Positions 10,833 through 23,205 of a DNA stretch of 64,000 nt are shown here, piece after piece (position 1 is the first letter of the stretch; the number at the start of each line of letters is the position of its first letter). The notes below the pieces were generated by a model. It saw nothing but the letters and a program-made list of their open reading frames with translations, did not search any database and was not told the DNA's origin. Source of the stretch: Lepidodermella squamata (Eukaryota > Animalia > Gastrotricha); the NCBI GenBank assembly GCA_047495785.1, contig JBLDXI010000004.1:434001-498000 (forward strand). Reading direction: 5' to 3'. The position numbers and the translations under genes are program-made.

Positions 10833-12642
10833 TTAGGAAGGCTTCTGGCATAGAACTTGTGGGAAAGCACCATCACATGGAACGCTTTTGAAGTGATATC
10901 CGGCGACTGGATCGGAGTTGAAGATGGTAACAACGCACCCATCGGCTCGAGGCCCATACCACATCGCATCGTTATACGTGAAGTCGGAACCATCGTCCCA
11001 TTTCAGAACGCCTTGTTGCTGAGTGAGGCCGATCCAGAAGGCGTATATGTAACCAAACTCCGGATCATCCATCACAATCGATGCGATAGCCATCTCATCG
11101 GCTGACTTGATCGTGGCTAGCGTTGCATTAAGCTTGACACATTCTACAAGGGGAATGCTTTGTCGCTGAATACAAATAGCCCGAAATACTTATTGTATTG
11201 TAAAGAAAGATTACAAAGAATTACAGATTTGCATGTTATAAAACTTACCGGAGATATATCCCTCAAGCACGCGTCGTGATTGAGTTGAAAAGACTCCAAT
11301 CCAGTGAAAAGCTTGTCCTAAATTGAGACGAAAGCACCCAATACCAGAAACATTGGCCTATGGTCGAGCTTTACCTGAGTTTGATCCTGAGGACAAGCTG
11401 TATAGCAGGAGAATTTCCCAGATGAATCTTTGCAGGAAACAGCATTCTGTTCAAAAATACGAAACAATGCCGAGCAGATTAGTTCGTCGAAATCTTACTC
11501 CGACCAGGCAAGTATCGCGATCGATGTACACCCCTGTCGAGTACTGCCGAGTTTCATTGCCAGCGAAACAGCCTGAGCTTTGCGGTCGGCAGTCTTTGAA
11601 TCTTCTAGAAGATGAGTCGAAACAGCGGATGTGCGGCTTCTGGCTGTCTGGAACAGTCACTGAAAATCATGATAATAAGATCAATTTATTACACCAGGAA
11701 ATAATTGCAAAAGAAATCCTCGAGAAAAAGGGGAGGGCTAACTTGTGCCGTTGATGCAGGAAGCTAAATTTGGGTAAAGCGTTGATTCAGTTACCTAGGT
11801 GAAAACAGAACATTGAATAAAACAACAAATTGCTATAAAAATGTTGAGAATGGACAACATTTAGAAACTAACCCAATTGCTGGGGCAGGTGTAAGGGTCC
11901 GGGACGCAAGTTTGAATGGCGTTGGTTGAAGTACATCGCCGAAATTGCAATTTCTAATAATTACAGATTTGAAAAAACTATGACGTCATAACATTAGCGA
12001 AGTACTCACATCGAAAACAGCTCGTTGCTTCTCACATTCGTTTAGGTTGAATTTCAAGCTCAACGTCGCATTCTGATCATTGAACCAGAACGTCTGAAAG
12101 ACAAAACGAAAATTGTCGTAAAATCAGAAAACTATTCAAAATAATAATTCCTAATTTCTTAACATTTTTACGATTATTTAATTATCAATTATTAAGATAC
12201 TTCTGATGATTCTATCGAATCTTACATTCATATCACCCGGGTTGTTACAGCCGACGTTTCCAGGCACGCAAAACGGGCTCAAAGCCGCGTATTTGTAGCA
12301 CATTCGGGCATTCTAAAATCGAATAAAGGGAGAAATGGAATATAACGTAAACAGAAAGATGATCGACCGCAAACCCCGGTATTACAGACGCCGACTGTTC
12401 GGAAAACGGAGCCCCACTATTGATAAGGGAGAAGATTAATTTCCAAGCAATTGAAACTAATTAAAACGGAAAACCTGATATTCTTTGAGTGGATCACAGC
12501 CAGAGGCAGCTTCAATAAAGTTGGTGAATCGGTTGCTAAACTGCGAGAAGCATCGAACCCAGTTCAACGGCTTACTGCCCCAAGCAACGTCACTTTTCGC
12601 TAGCATCAGCATTAACAGCAAAGAGTTGTGAAAAGCAGTCAT
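10833..12642 (-). CDS. Cys-module + C-type lectin secreted protein, copy A (5 modules + 1 CTLD)
   Basis: Signal peptide MTAFHNSLLLMLMLAKSDVAWG; exons WVRCFSQFSNRF.., ARMCYKYAALSPFCVPGNVGC, KPHIRCFDSSSRRFKDCRPQSSGC..; CTLD FWIGL..KWDDGS..GC..PC..VLCQKPS*; exon-for-exon paralog of copies B-E. Confidence 0.82.
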
Positions 12643-13239
12643 TTGTTGTGGTTAACCGAGCAAAATATTGTTTGAAATATTTGAAGAATCGGAGAGAATA
12701 ACGTGTTGTTTTGATGTCCTGTTCCAGGCGATCGCGTGACTTTTCTTACAACGCATTAGCTAGTCCGTTGTCCGACTACACCGAAAACGCAGTCACGAGT
12801 TGTTTATCAAAATATCGCTGCCTATACGGTTTGTTCTTCTCGCCAGATGTTCACGACACGCGTTCTCCTGTGACGCCGTAAGATTTTTAGGCACGCATAT
12901 TTGAATTTCGAAAATCATTGGAGCTTTTTTTAAAACAAACTGGTTTAAAAAAAAAGTTGATACAAAAAAATCTCGCCTCGATGGATTATTGGTACATTTT
13001 AATTAACTTTCTTTTTTAATTGACAGAATTCTGTGGCCATTTTGTTTTATTTTTTTGTTTTGTTATTGTTTGAAAAAAATATGTAAACTGAGTTGAATGC
13101 GGACAATTAAACTGATTCTTCATTGAAAGTGTGTGGGTGCGGCCAAGAAAATGTCATCTCGAGCGAAAAAATTGAAACTGTCATAAATCACTCAAAACAA
13201 ATCCGAGATGAAAGATTTTTTGATTTTCGAGATCCCCTT

Positions 13240-16060
13240 AAACAGTACTTTCCAGCAATATAATTTTTGTGCCGATCGGATGATTTTTATTTTTATCGAT
13301 CAGATATCGATCGATTTATCGATTATCGATAATATTGCGATTTTATGCTGATTTCAGTGATACTTGGTTATTTTCATGCGATGAACTCAAAAATCACCAT
13401 GAAATTGGACCAATCATCACCCGAATCATGGAAATCAATCACCGATAATCGATAATCGATAATCGATTCGATTATCGATTATCGATTATCGGTGATTGAA
13501 AAAGTGGTAAAAACGTGTAACTGTCAACCTGACCACCGGAAAAAAAATTCGCGATTTAGATAGAAATTTATATATTTCCAGAAAGCCCTGGACATGAGCT
13601 TTCAGAAAATATATATGACTATAGTCAGTTTTGTCAGTTAACATGATTTTTACCTTGTCAAAAATGGTACACATTTGACATTGACGAAATGCCAAAAGAT
13701 GGAATTTTTCCCAACAACATTTTGACGACAGTTGAAAGTGCTTATGTAATATTAATATGTTTAAATGTTGTTGACCATGTAAGCTTCAATTTGAGACATT
13801 GCTCGATGCCGTAGTCAAAATATTTTTTGACCAGGTGATGTTACATTTTTTGACACTGTCGCGTCGTTCCGTCCATCAATTATTGTTTCTAATTCGATTT
13901 CAAAAAAGCGGTGCACTTTTAAAGGCCTCGGGGATGGGTAAAGCTGCGTCTATATTTGTTGGCAACATTTTGGCCGAAAAATTTTCCGGTCAGATGCTAT
14001 AGATGTTGCGCAATCACATGGACGGAACGACACGTGACGGAACGACGGACGGAACGACAAAAAATTAACTTTTCAACGCTGAGGAATTTCAAAACATAAA
14101 TTAGATATTCTGAATCAGCATGAAAAGTTAGAGAGGGATACTAATTTGCGCGCGATTATCTTCCAAAATGGGGAAGAAATAAGGCGGGATAGTGGAACAG
14201 CGCGTGCATGTGCGTGTGAGTGCGCGCGCGCACATGAACTTCGCGCTCAACACGGGTGAGAGCCGTATGCGCAGATAATGCCCAAATCACGCGCAAATCA
14301 CTCACAAATCATGCGCAAATTTGCACACCGCCCTAACTTTTCACGCTCATTCAGAATATCTAATTTATTTTTTGAAATTCCTCAGGGTTGCTGAGATAAT
14401 CAGAGCGTTGTTCCGTCCTGTCGTTCCGTCCTGATGACCCTACATTGAAATGTGATGCGGCGTACAATAAGCTATCAGGTCGTATGGTTACTTTTCCGCT
14501 TTTTAATTTCCGCTTTTTCAGTTCCGCCGATTTTTTTTCCGCTATGATCATTTCCGCCTGATGTCTTTTCCGCTACAAGTACACTTCCGCCAGTGACATT
14601 TCCGCCAATCATCTTTCCGCCAAATTTGATTTCCGCCAACAACATTTCCGCTAAAGGTCATTTCCGCTTTATTCCACTTCCGCTTTTTGGCTCTCATTTG
14701 CTCTCATTGGCTCTCAATTTTTCTAAATTCTAAAAACCGGGGCGAATGGAAAATTTGAGAAACCCTGGAACAATAATTAGGCCAGTAGAAAAACCACGTA
14801 GAGCTAATAACAAGATAATTCCTCTATACGACCGAAATTCAATCGAATCATTACACTAATTATTTCATATTTATTTCATAATTTAATTTATTTCATGCAT
14901 TCCTGGCCAATTTTTTATTGGCGCATTTTAACCTTTCACGCAGCTTCGCTGCTAACCTACTCGTAGCCGCTGAACGGTTTCACTACGGAAGGAAAACGGG
15001 AAACCTCTTAAGTTATATCGGTTAGAGGCTTTCAACACCCTCTTCTCCTTTCAGTGGCTTTTTGGTTAAAATGATCTGATCATTATAATGAAGAGCTGAA
15101 AATCACCTTGGCGAAAAGAATTGGGAGCGGAAAAGTCCATAGCGGAACTGTCATTTGGCGGAACCCTTGATAGCGGAAGTGTGTTATAGCGGAAAAGTAC
15201 ATGGCGGAACTCATACTATAGCGGAAATGAAAATGGCGGAACACGCAATAGCGGAAATGGTCATCGGCGGAAAAAAATGTAGCGGAAATGAAATAGCGGA
15301 ACTTAAAAAGCGGAAAAGTAACCAAACCCTATCAGGTCTTACCGAATGCATTTTTTCATTATTTACTCATTGGTAGACTATGTAAAAATATGATCATGCT
15401 GTTTCGCCCAGAAGATTCAGAGAATTTGAAGCCGAAAAATAGTTTTTCAAAATTATGAATTCCTGCGCGTCGTTCCGTCCGACCACTTTGTAAAATCGCT
15501 GTTACGTAACAATACATCCGGGGACAAATATTTTTTGCGCCCATACGGCAGGCTATTAGGATTAGCTACAGTAAAAATATGAGTGTCTAATTCGCAATAT
15601 TTAACGCTACAGCGCGAAAAAACCTCTGCGTCTCGTCGTTCCGTCCTAAATAATTTTACCCCGATAACTATCCAAAGTGCTATGGTCTATGACTGTTTCT
15701 AGGGGTATTTTAGTGCGCTGATTCGATTGCGCGCGTCAAAAATCTGATACCTGGCTGCGTTTCCATTCTAATAGCGAAAAACATGAATTATCTGTACGTC
15801 ACAAAGCAAATTTCTCTGTACGTCACTGCGTTATTAATTTTTTGACGGCTTACCAAGGCAGCTAGCCAATATTGAGTTTCAAAATACCTGGGTCATTACG
15901 CGTATGCCTGATTTTTGGCGCAGGGACTGAGCGATATTTAAGGGCTAGGCTGCTAGCCAAAATAGGGTTACTTTTAGGATGGCTCGACTTTCTCTGTACG
16001 TCACGGCGACTTTGCCCTCAGGCGCTGTCTTGAAAACTAGCGTTACATAGCAGGACAACA
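13240..16060. repeat. Block of nested non-coding repeats (ATCGATT arrays, GGAACGAC/GTTCCGTC motifs, inverted repeat 14045-14132 / 14333-14430)
   Basis: GATAATC tandem at ~13295-13495; gaggaatttcaaaacataaattagatattctgaat is inverted at ~14345-14385; no credible ORF. Confidence 0.55.
14481..15328. mobile_element. Mutator-like (9-bp TSD) MITE with ~20-nt subterminal TTCCGC arrays
   Basis: TSD CTATCAGGT at 14472-14480 and 15329-15337; ends ..TGGTTACTTTTCCGCTTTT / AAAAGCGGAAAAGTAACCA..; about 10 TTCCGC units on the left and about 10 GCGGAA units on the right. Confidence 0.8.
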
Positions 16061-16119
16061 GCGCAGGACACTCGAAAAATATTCAGGAGTAAAACGAGTG
16101 CTCATATGCGTTCTTAGCA

Positions 16120-16458
16120 TGCATAGTTTTTACATAATGCCTCTTTGACCAATCGCAGGTGGGTGTGTCACCTCTGTACGGCACGCGTAGTGGCACCCGT
16201 GTACAAATAGTTGGTGAATCGGATTGGAATAGTTTTGTTAGGCGAGCATCATAGTCAACCAGGAAATAACGTCTCGCCAAAGGCTTATGGCAACTCAGCA
16301 TTGCACCAAGCGGTTGAGAACAGCATTATACATCATTTGTAAGCAGCAAAGTGATTGATCGCGGGTAAACCAGCTTGCTACGACGAAAATGTACCCCGAC
16401 CCGTCAACCCATTTCAGGTTCAAGCCATTTTGATACATGCCTATCATCATTAAACCCT
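16120..16458 (-). pseudogene. Degenerate C-type lectin domain fragment
   Basis: MIGMYQNGLNLKWVDGSGY..W resembles the WIGL..KWDDGS segment of neighbouring CTLDs; frame broken downstream. Confidence 0.5.
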
Positions 16459-17240
16459 TAAAATTTAGAAACATAAGATAAAAATAAAAAATGCAAGTAA
16501 TTTCAAGCACTCCATAAAATAATTAAAAAAACATGAATTGATAAATGATAAAAATTACGTGATTTCAATAAATTTAAGACGCCGGGCAATTTTTACGGAA
16601 TTTTTGTAGCTGGCTTTGGACTCGAACTGTGTTTCGATTCAAAGGATTTTGATCGTACCTCAAATTATAATAATTTTCAATCTCACAATTAATTTTCGGT
16701 GAAATTCAGTAGCTGGTCACTGCATGCGTTTGGCCTAGAAAGGTCGGCCAGGTTCAAAAAACGCTGCGCCATCAAAACAGTTGTAATTTTATGCCACGTA
16801 GCAATCGCGTGCCCAGCCGTTTCAATTTAACACGTTTGTATTTCCTGAAACGTAGTGTTCGTCAATGAATAACGCTTGCAAGCAGCATTATATCGCATCC
16901 GTTTTTACAAAATTAAAACAACAGCTTAACTGATTTTTCACGACTCGCGACGCGATTAAAATATGTTTCTAGCCAATGTCGCTAACTTCGCTAAATCTTC
17001 CCTTCAAGTGCGGTGAACAAACCGAAAAAGAATTTCTAAACTTATCACCAAATTTTTCTCATGGACCAAATGTTTACGATTTCCCTTTCAAGTCATATAT
17101 AGCATGAAGTTTCACAGTTATTAGCGTTTCTAATTATTTTATTTTCTAATTATTTCTAATTATTATTTTTATAATTATTATTTTCTAATTTTATGTTAAT
17201 TTTTTTACATTGTTTCTAGAAACCAGATAACTCTTTGAAA

Positions 17241-17860
17241 ATGGATGAAACTGATGCTAAGCCGTTGAACCTATCGCGGAGTAGATCCTCTCCTAAAGTG
17301 ACTATTATATCGATTAGTACACTAGCTCCGTGGGCTCTATCTATACCAAAGCAAAACTCTGCCGTACCCAGCTCTGATAGGCTTTCAGCTTTCCATTCAG
17401 CTGCGGAGAACTCATTTAAATCGTCCTGTTACAATGATTCACCTTCGGTAAAAAGTTATACTTGTCCAGTGTCTTGTATAGGTGTTTCTACTATCTTTAG
17501 GTCAAACCTCTTTCCACCTCCTACAATTTGAGTCATGCAGAAAATCGAAATTTCGGATTCGTTTGCGAATATTGTCCTAATCGAAGGGCATATTCTTCCC
17601 TAAACGGTTTTCGCTATCACGTTCGAACTCGCCATTCCGATAAATTTGCCGTCACATGCTTCGCGTGTTTGCAGCGTTTCGACAATGCGTCTCAACTCAG
17701 CAAGCATGCCTATCAGCACAGAAGGCGGGCTTCGATGAAGGCAAGCTCGTCAGTTTCGCAGGTAAACAATTCGCCCAATGGCTCATTGGTCTCGGATATT
17801 TCTTCGCATGGTCGAGTTTCACCGAGCTCATCCCGAGAGGAAATAATTGAGCTAGATTGA
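17241..17860 (+). CDS. Small two-finger C2H2 zinc-finger protein, copy 1 (2 exons)
   Basis: Exon to ~17447 (TCG|gtaaaag), acceptor tttag| at ~17500; fingers CEYC..HVRTRH and CFAC..HAYQH; PLNLS motif; C-terminal EEIIELD*. Confidence 0.8.
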
Positions 17861-18706
17861 TGAATGTATGAACTGTGATGCGTATTTGTTGAAAGATATT
17901 GCTATTTTGGAAATCAATAAGGTTCGTGAAATTACCATAATAAAATGGAATTTCTTTGAAATCAATGTAGTGCGAAATTTGAAAATTTAACTGGGTTTGA
18001 TCCCAATGCCAGGAGAAAGTGGCTAAAACGTCAAGATCTTTTGGTGGTCTAATATCTAATATAGACTGGATCTATATTTAATTTCATCGCACGATCTACG
18101 TAGGGTCGAACTCCTACGATCTATCCCAATGTCCCATTATGATCTGGCCAGTGTAAGTTGTTAAAAATCGATTAAATGCCATATTATTATGTTTTTATAA
18201 GGCCTTCACTAGGAAAAAAGTATAGTTTATTAGCTAGCTAATAAACCCAAGAACCAAGAGTGCTAATAACCCCTCCTATGTCCCCCTAATTAGCTATTTC
18301 AGCTAAATTCAGGGAAGCTAATAACCCGTGAATGGCTAAATAGCTAGGCTCTGAGCGAGTGGTGGGTCGGCGTGGAATTCTTGCTTATCACAGCTGTTTG
18401 GCCTGAAAAGCTTATTAGCTCATGGTTTATTAGCTAGAATCGCCCCCAGCCCCCTACCCCGCCTTTCCCCTCTCATTCCATTTCGATTCATAAAAAAATG
18501 TAACTTCATCATTTTTTTCATTTTTATTTCATAATGCTTATTTTTATAAAAGCCAACAGGTTTAGTTTAGTTTAGTTTTATTTTGCTCCGTAAACATGAT
18601 GAATATATGTATGTATCTATCACATAGATACTAGTTAATTATATATAACAAATTATATATTAGTCGATCAGGAGCCAGGGACACATATGCGCCCTGTCCA
18701 CTCACA

Positions 18707-21487
18707 TTATATTTTTGTAATAATATTTTTTATATGGTTTTTAAAGATTAGTCGATCATTAATATCTATAATAAAGGCTGGCAATTTGTTCCAATTATTT
18801 ATAACTCTAAAGCTAAAGAAATGAAATAGCACATCAAGATGAGATTTACGCATTAGGAGAAAATATTTATGGCTACGTGTATCATAGTTTGATTTTTTAA
18901 CATCGAAAAAACATTTCGTATCTAGATTAACATTGTCTTTCAATATATCATTAGTTACACATATATCTCTAACCAAGTGACGCTGAATAATAGTTAAGCG
19001 GCTAAGTTTTAGAAGTCTTTTTTCGTAGTCATGCGTTTTCATCACGCGCCAGGTAAACGTTTTTTGCACACCTTCCAATAACTTTTGGTCGCCAATTAGT
19101 CTTGGAGACCAAACAGTACTACAATAGAGTAAGATGGGTAGCACATAAATGTCAAAGGCTTTCATTAGTATTTCAGTTTTCTTCGTTTGGAACGAGCGTA
19201 AAATCATACCGCATATTTTTCTGGCTTTAGCAACAGTTTTGGCACATTGGCTGGAGAAAGTCAGACGGCTGTCAACAATAACACCCAGATCTTTAATTTC
19301 ATCCACACATTCTAGATATTTTTGTCCGATTACAATATTTACACATTCAGTAGTATTAATTTTCAAAACAACACATTTGTCCGGGTTCAAAATAAGCTGG
19401 CGTTCTTTGAGATAGTTTACAATATTATCAACGTCTCTTTGGATATATTCATAGCTAAAACGTTTGGTGCTTTGATCAATAGGAGTTAAGGAGGTATGAG
19501 GAAATAGTTTAATATCATCGGCGAATAGACGAATGATGCTGAATTTGATATATTTTGGTAAGTCATTTATATACAATAAAAATAGCAAGGGGCCCAAGAC
19601 ACTCCCTTGTGGGACACCGCTGGTCACATCGTACAATTCAGAGAAGCAATTATGTATTTTTACGCGAAATTTACGTCCTGTTAGAAAAGATGATATCCAA
19701 TTATATAAACATTCATTAATATTGAAAGATTTTAAGACATCGAGAAGTTTAGCGTGTGGGACCGTATCGAAGGCTTTAGAAAGATCGAAGTATATACAGT
19801 GTAGTGTCATTCCTCTGTCTACAAGATCGCACCATTTATTTAAACAGTCTAATAGTTGCGTTTCACACGATTTTTCAGATATAAAACCAAACTGCTCGTA
19901 GGATATTATTTTTTCATAAAGTAATACTCTTATCCATTGTTTTCTTATAATTGATTCCATTATACGGCAAGGTAGAGAGGTAATGCTAATTGGTCTATAA
20001 TTGTCAACAAGATTAGGTGAGCCTTTTTTAAATACAGGCGTTACATTGGCTAATTTCCAGAAGAATGGAACAGAACCAGAAGAATAGCTAGAGTTAAAGA
20101 TTATAGATAAAGGTTTAGCTAGAGCATTTACAGTTTTGCTAACAAAGTATGGATTTATAAGATCAGGGCCAGCTGGAGAGTTTATTTTTATTTTCTTAAG
20201 AGCTTCAATAATTGAGGGTTCTGAGAAATATAAGTCATTTACAACGCATGGTTTGTTTTGTACATTTAATTTACAGCCATCGTCAAGAGTAAAGTGAGAT
20301 TTGAAGAACTTCGCAAATAATTCAGCTTTTTTCAAGGGATCACAGATAGTCTCGCCGTCAACAAGTATTGAAGGTATTCTAGATTTAAATTTCATATGGT
20401 TATTCACATATTTACACAGTTTTTTCATATTATTAGTGTTAGCTAGTTGTGTTTCATATGACTCTCTTAGAGAGTTATTTAAAGCTATAGTCTTACGAGA
20501 GATTTTGCAATATTTATTTAGATCGTCATTTTTCTTGCCGCAACGAGTATACTTCGACCAGGCTCGGTCTCTCCGTCTAACTAATCTATGTAGCTCGCGA
20601 TTGCACCATGGTAAACGGTATTTGCTTTTGACAAGTTTTTTTACAATGCATTTATCACAAATATCTGTATATATTGATAAGAAAAGCGCATATTGTTCAT
20701 TCACATCATTGCACGTTGATAGTAGATCGTCCCAATCATAACTCAGAAGTAATTTCGATATTTTGTCATAGTCAGCGTTGAGATAGTCATCGATGTATCT
20801 ATTGTCATCATTATTAAGAGATGTAACACCGCTGAGATTAATAGAAAATTTAACTGTACAATGATCAGTAGGCTCGAATGATTTGTCAGTAACAATATTG
20901 TTGATTGACATAGGGTTATTTGTAATGATAAGATTAAGAATGTTTTTATGTTCAGGTCCGTTTGGTTCCGTGGCAAGTTGACTGGAATTAATATCATTAA
21001 CAAGATTGATAAACATTTGTTCTTTCCCTCCGCCACAGTGAGTGAGGTTATTCCACTTGATGTCCGGAAAGTTGAAGTCACCGGCTAGTACAAACAAAGT
21101 ATCGGTTAGATGCTCTTCAATAAAGCTACACATTTCTTCCGTAACAGTGTTATCGGCGCTAGGAGATTTATAAGTGCAACACAGACGTAACTTTATATCA
21201 TTAATGAGGACGTCGCATATAACAATCTCACAGTATCCTTTAATCGAGGTTTGTGCTACAAGGGTGGATTCGTAAGATTTGTGAATGAGTAGCATGGATC
21301 CACCACGTTCTCGGTCTGTTCTGTCAGCTCTATGAACCTTATATCCATTATTTTCGAAGAAGGAAGAATTGAAATCATCATTGTACCACGTTTCAGTTAT
21401 AAAGGCAAAGATTACATTTGTAGTTAGGAGATTGAGTAATAACAGAGAAACTTTATACGGATTTGTTAGCTGTCTAGTGTTGATCAA
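18707..21487 (-). CDS. LINE ORF2: apurinic endonuclease + reverse transcriptase
   Basis: ITETW, GGSMLL, AGDFNFP, TDH (APE); NYRPISIT, QFGF, FDLSKAFD, GVPQGSVLGPLLF, FADD, KDLGV (RT); open for 926 aa. Confidence 0.97.
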   Translation of the reverse strand: MINTRQLTNPYKVSLLLLNLLTTNVIFAFITETWYNDDFNSSFFENNGYKVHRADRTDRERGGSMLLIHKSYESTLVAQTSIKGYCEIVICDVLINDIKLRLCCTYKSPSADNTVTEEMCSFIEEHLTDTLFVLAGDFNFPDIKWNNLTHCGGGKEQMFINLVNDINSSQLATEPNGPEHKNILNLIITNNPMSINNIVTDKSFEPTDHCTVKFSINLSGVTSLNNDDNRYIDDYLNADYDKISKLLLSYDWDDLLSTCNDVNEQYALFLSIYTDICDKCIVKKLVKSKYRLPWCNRELHRLVRRRDRAWSKYTRCGKKNDDLNKYCKISRKTIALNNSLRESYETQLANTNNMKKLCKYVNNHMKFKSRIPSILVDGETICDPLKKAELFAKFFKSHFTLDDGCKLNVQNKPCVVNDLYFSEPSIIEALKKIKINSPAGPDLINPYFVSKTVNALAKPLSIIFNSSYSSGSVPFFWKLANVTPVFKKGSPNLVDNYRPISITSLPCRIMESIIRKQWIRVLLYEKIISYEQFGFISEKSCETQLLDCLNKWCDLVDRGMTLHCIYFDLSKAFDTVPHAKLLDVLKSFNINECLYNWISSFLTGRKFRVKIHNCFSELYDVTSGVPQGSVLGPLLFLLYINDLPKYIKFSIIRLFADDIKLFPHTSLTPIDQSTKRFSYEYIQRDVDNIVNYLKERQLILNPDKCVVLKINTTECVNIVIGQKYLECVDEIKDLGVIVDSRLTFSSQCAKTVAKARKICGMILRSFQTKKTEILMKAFDIYVLPILLYCSTVWSPRLIGDQKLLEGVQKTFTWRVMKTHDYEKRLLKLSRLTIIQRHLVRDICVTNDILKDNVNLDTKCFFDVKKSNYDTRSHKYFLLMRKSHLDVLFHFFSFRVINNWNKLPAFIIDINDRLIFKNHIKNIITKI

Positions 21488-21553
21488 GTAGCATGGGAAG
21501 TTAATAGTTTCATTACTGTTTTTCTTGTCAGCAACGGACAGGGCGCCAGGTTC

Positions 21554-22240
21554 CTAAGGTGATGTCGGTTGAGGAGGTACCAGGTTTTTCTTTACCGGCG
21601 CACCAGTCGATCGTTGGCGTCTGTTGTGCTCCCGTTTTTCAAACTCGATCTTAGCTTGAGCAGGGGTCAGGTCCTTGCTAATGAACACAGACTCCCACCC
21701 AGCTTTTTTGCGAAGTTGGGGGGCTTTTTCCAGAAACAGACGTTTGTCGGAGGCATATTTCAGCTGCACAATAATTTTAGGATCTTGGTTTTCCCTCGTG
21801 ATCAGGTTCGTTCGTATTATGCGTTCTTTGACATCGAAGTTCAGGATGCCGAGATTTGCAACCAGGTCAGATAAGGCTATGACGGTATTACCGTCTGGCG
21901 CTTCCAGTCCGGAGATAACGATGTTGTTCGCCCTGTCCCGTTGGGAAAGGGCCTCGTGGACGGCGGTGATCAGGCATCCGCCATTCCTGATCTCATAGGA
22001 CGCTTGTTTGACAGAGTCGATCACGTTATCAGCCGCATAAGCAGTATCTTCTTTGACTTCGTCAACAAATTGTTGATATTGTTTGGTTACCGTGATTATT
22101 TCGTCTTTCCTTTCAGATTCGATGGAGATCAGGTCACTCAGCATCGAAGCCACTGAAAATCCGAGTTTCTTAACCAAGTCACAAATTGCCTCGTCTTCAG
22201 CCATTTTAAGCAGTTTAGCTTGCAGAGTCGTGCTCGCCAT
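21554..22240 (-). CDS. LINE ORF1 (coiled coil + RRM-like nucleic-acid-binding protein)
   Basis: RANNIVISGLE...PKIIVQL...VFISKDLTPAQ pattern typical of CR1/L2-group ORF1; directly upstream of ORF2. Confidence 0.88.
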   Translation of the reverse strand: MASTTLQAKLLKMAEDEAICDLVKKLGFSVASMLSDLISIESERKDEIITVTKQYQQFVDEVKEDTAYAADNVIDSVKQASYEIRNGGCLITAVHEALSQRDRANNIVISGLEAPDGNTVIALSDLVANLGILNFDVKERIIRTNLITRENQDPKIIVQLKYASDKRLFLEKAPQLRKKAGWESVFISKDLTPAQAKIEFEKREHNRRQRSTGAPVKKNLVPPQPTSP

Positions 22241-22899
22241 TTGTTCGGTTCAATAATATGTTTAACAAATCTCAGAAAATTTAATATTCAATCGCAGGTA
22301 AAACGAGAAAATCAAGTAGGGTTAAGACATAAACAAATTCATTCTAGTATATTTATGTGTGGGCGCGACAGTGCCTCATTACCAGATTGAATTAGTTTAT
22401 GTCAAGGCCCTATTCGGCCTTTGGGATAGTACTTGTATGTTTGCCACGAATTTGGTCGCAAGTACTTTTATGCGAAGGCACGACTGGTGCGACTTAATAT
22501 TCGTCAAACATAAATGTACGTGGCTGCCTGAATTGTATAATTCGAAGTTGCTTTTTTGCTTCAGTTGCTTCAGTTGCTTTTTTTATCGCCGAAAAATCAG
22601 GTCAATCGAACCGCTGTTTACCAGTCAAACATAAGAAAAGATACTGTAAATTCAGTTTCTTATATGCTCGCCCGCTGAAAAAAATCACTTGACAAAGCCA
22701 CCATAAAATATTCTGCAAAAAGTGAGGCCCAATCAACTAAAAACATATACTTATTCTCAATAAATTGAATCCCACCCAGCTTTATCTCAGAATTGGATGG
22801 GAGCATTCATAAAAAGGGAATAGATCATGAGCTTGAGTTAGCTAGGGCTCAACACATCATATAGTCTGCTGTTTCTAGCAGGAAACTATGACGTAAATA

Positions 22900-23165
22900 A
22901 CACATTTCCAGATGAAAATTCATATTATTTTTATCAAAATAGCAGTGAAAAAAATGAAATATCCCGAAAGATTTTCTTTGCATTTATAATATTTTTTCTT
23001 GATATTCAACAGTAATTTTGCCCCGTTCAGGGATGGGATCAGGTGTACTTTTATGCGAATCAGGATATTTTTAGCTCGATTTTCATGCCATTTATATCAG
23101 GACATAAAAACTATCATTCTATTAACTAAAAATTAGGGCGGTATTCTCTCCATTCGTACTACCTT
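22900..23165. repeat. Dispersed repeat, inverted homolog of ~38780-39050
   Basis: attagggcgg..ctatcattctat..gctcgattttcatgcca..cttgatattcaacagtaattttgccc matches the reverse complement of 38780-39050. Confidence 0.75.
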
Positions 23166-23205
23166 CATTCAGCCATCATTGTGAACATTTACTATACTTC
23201 GTGTG

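Larger units (their letters stand above)
18560..22330 (-). mobile_element. Intact CR1/L2-group LINE nested in the CACTA element (5' end approximate)
   Basis: ORF1 plus APE-RT ORF2; 3' UTR hairpin CAGGGCGCATATGTGTCCCTG and AATAAA-(ACTAA)3 tail ending at ~18560. Confidence 0.9.

Noticed and set aside
14481-15328. Regular ~20-nt TTCCGC/GCGGAA arrays resembling a CRISPR array
   Set aside because: The repeat core is only 6 nt, the arrays are inverted at the two ends and bounded by a 9-bp TSD; eukaryotic context and no cas genes. It is a MITE.
19149-21081. Antisense and alternate-frame ORFs over LINE ORF2 (likewise over Gypsy pol)
   Set aside because: Shadows of long coding frames, with no independent motifs.
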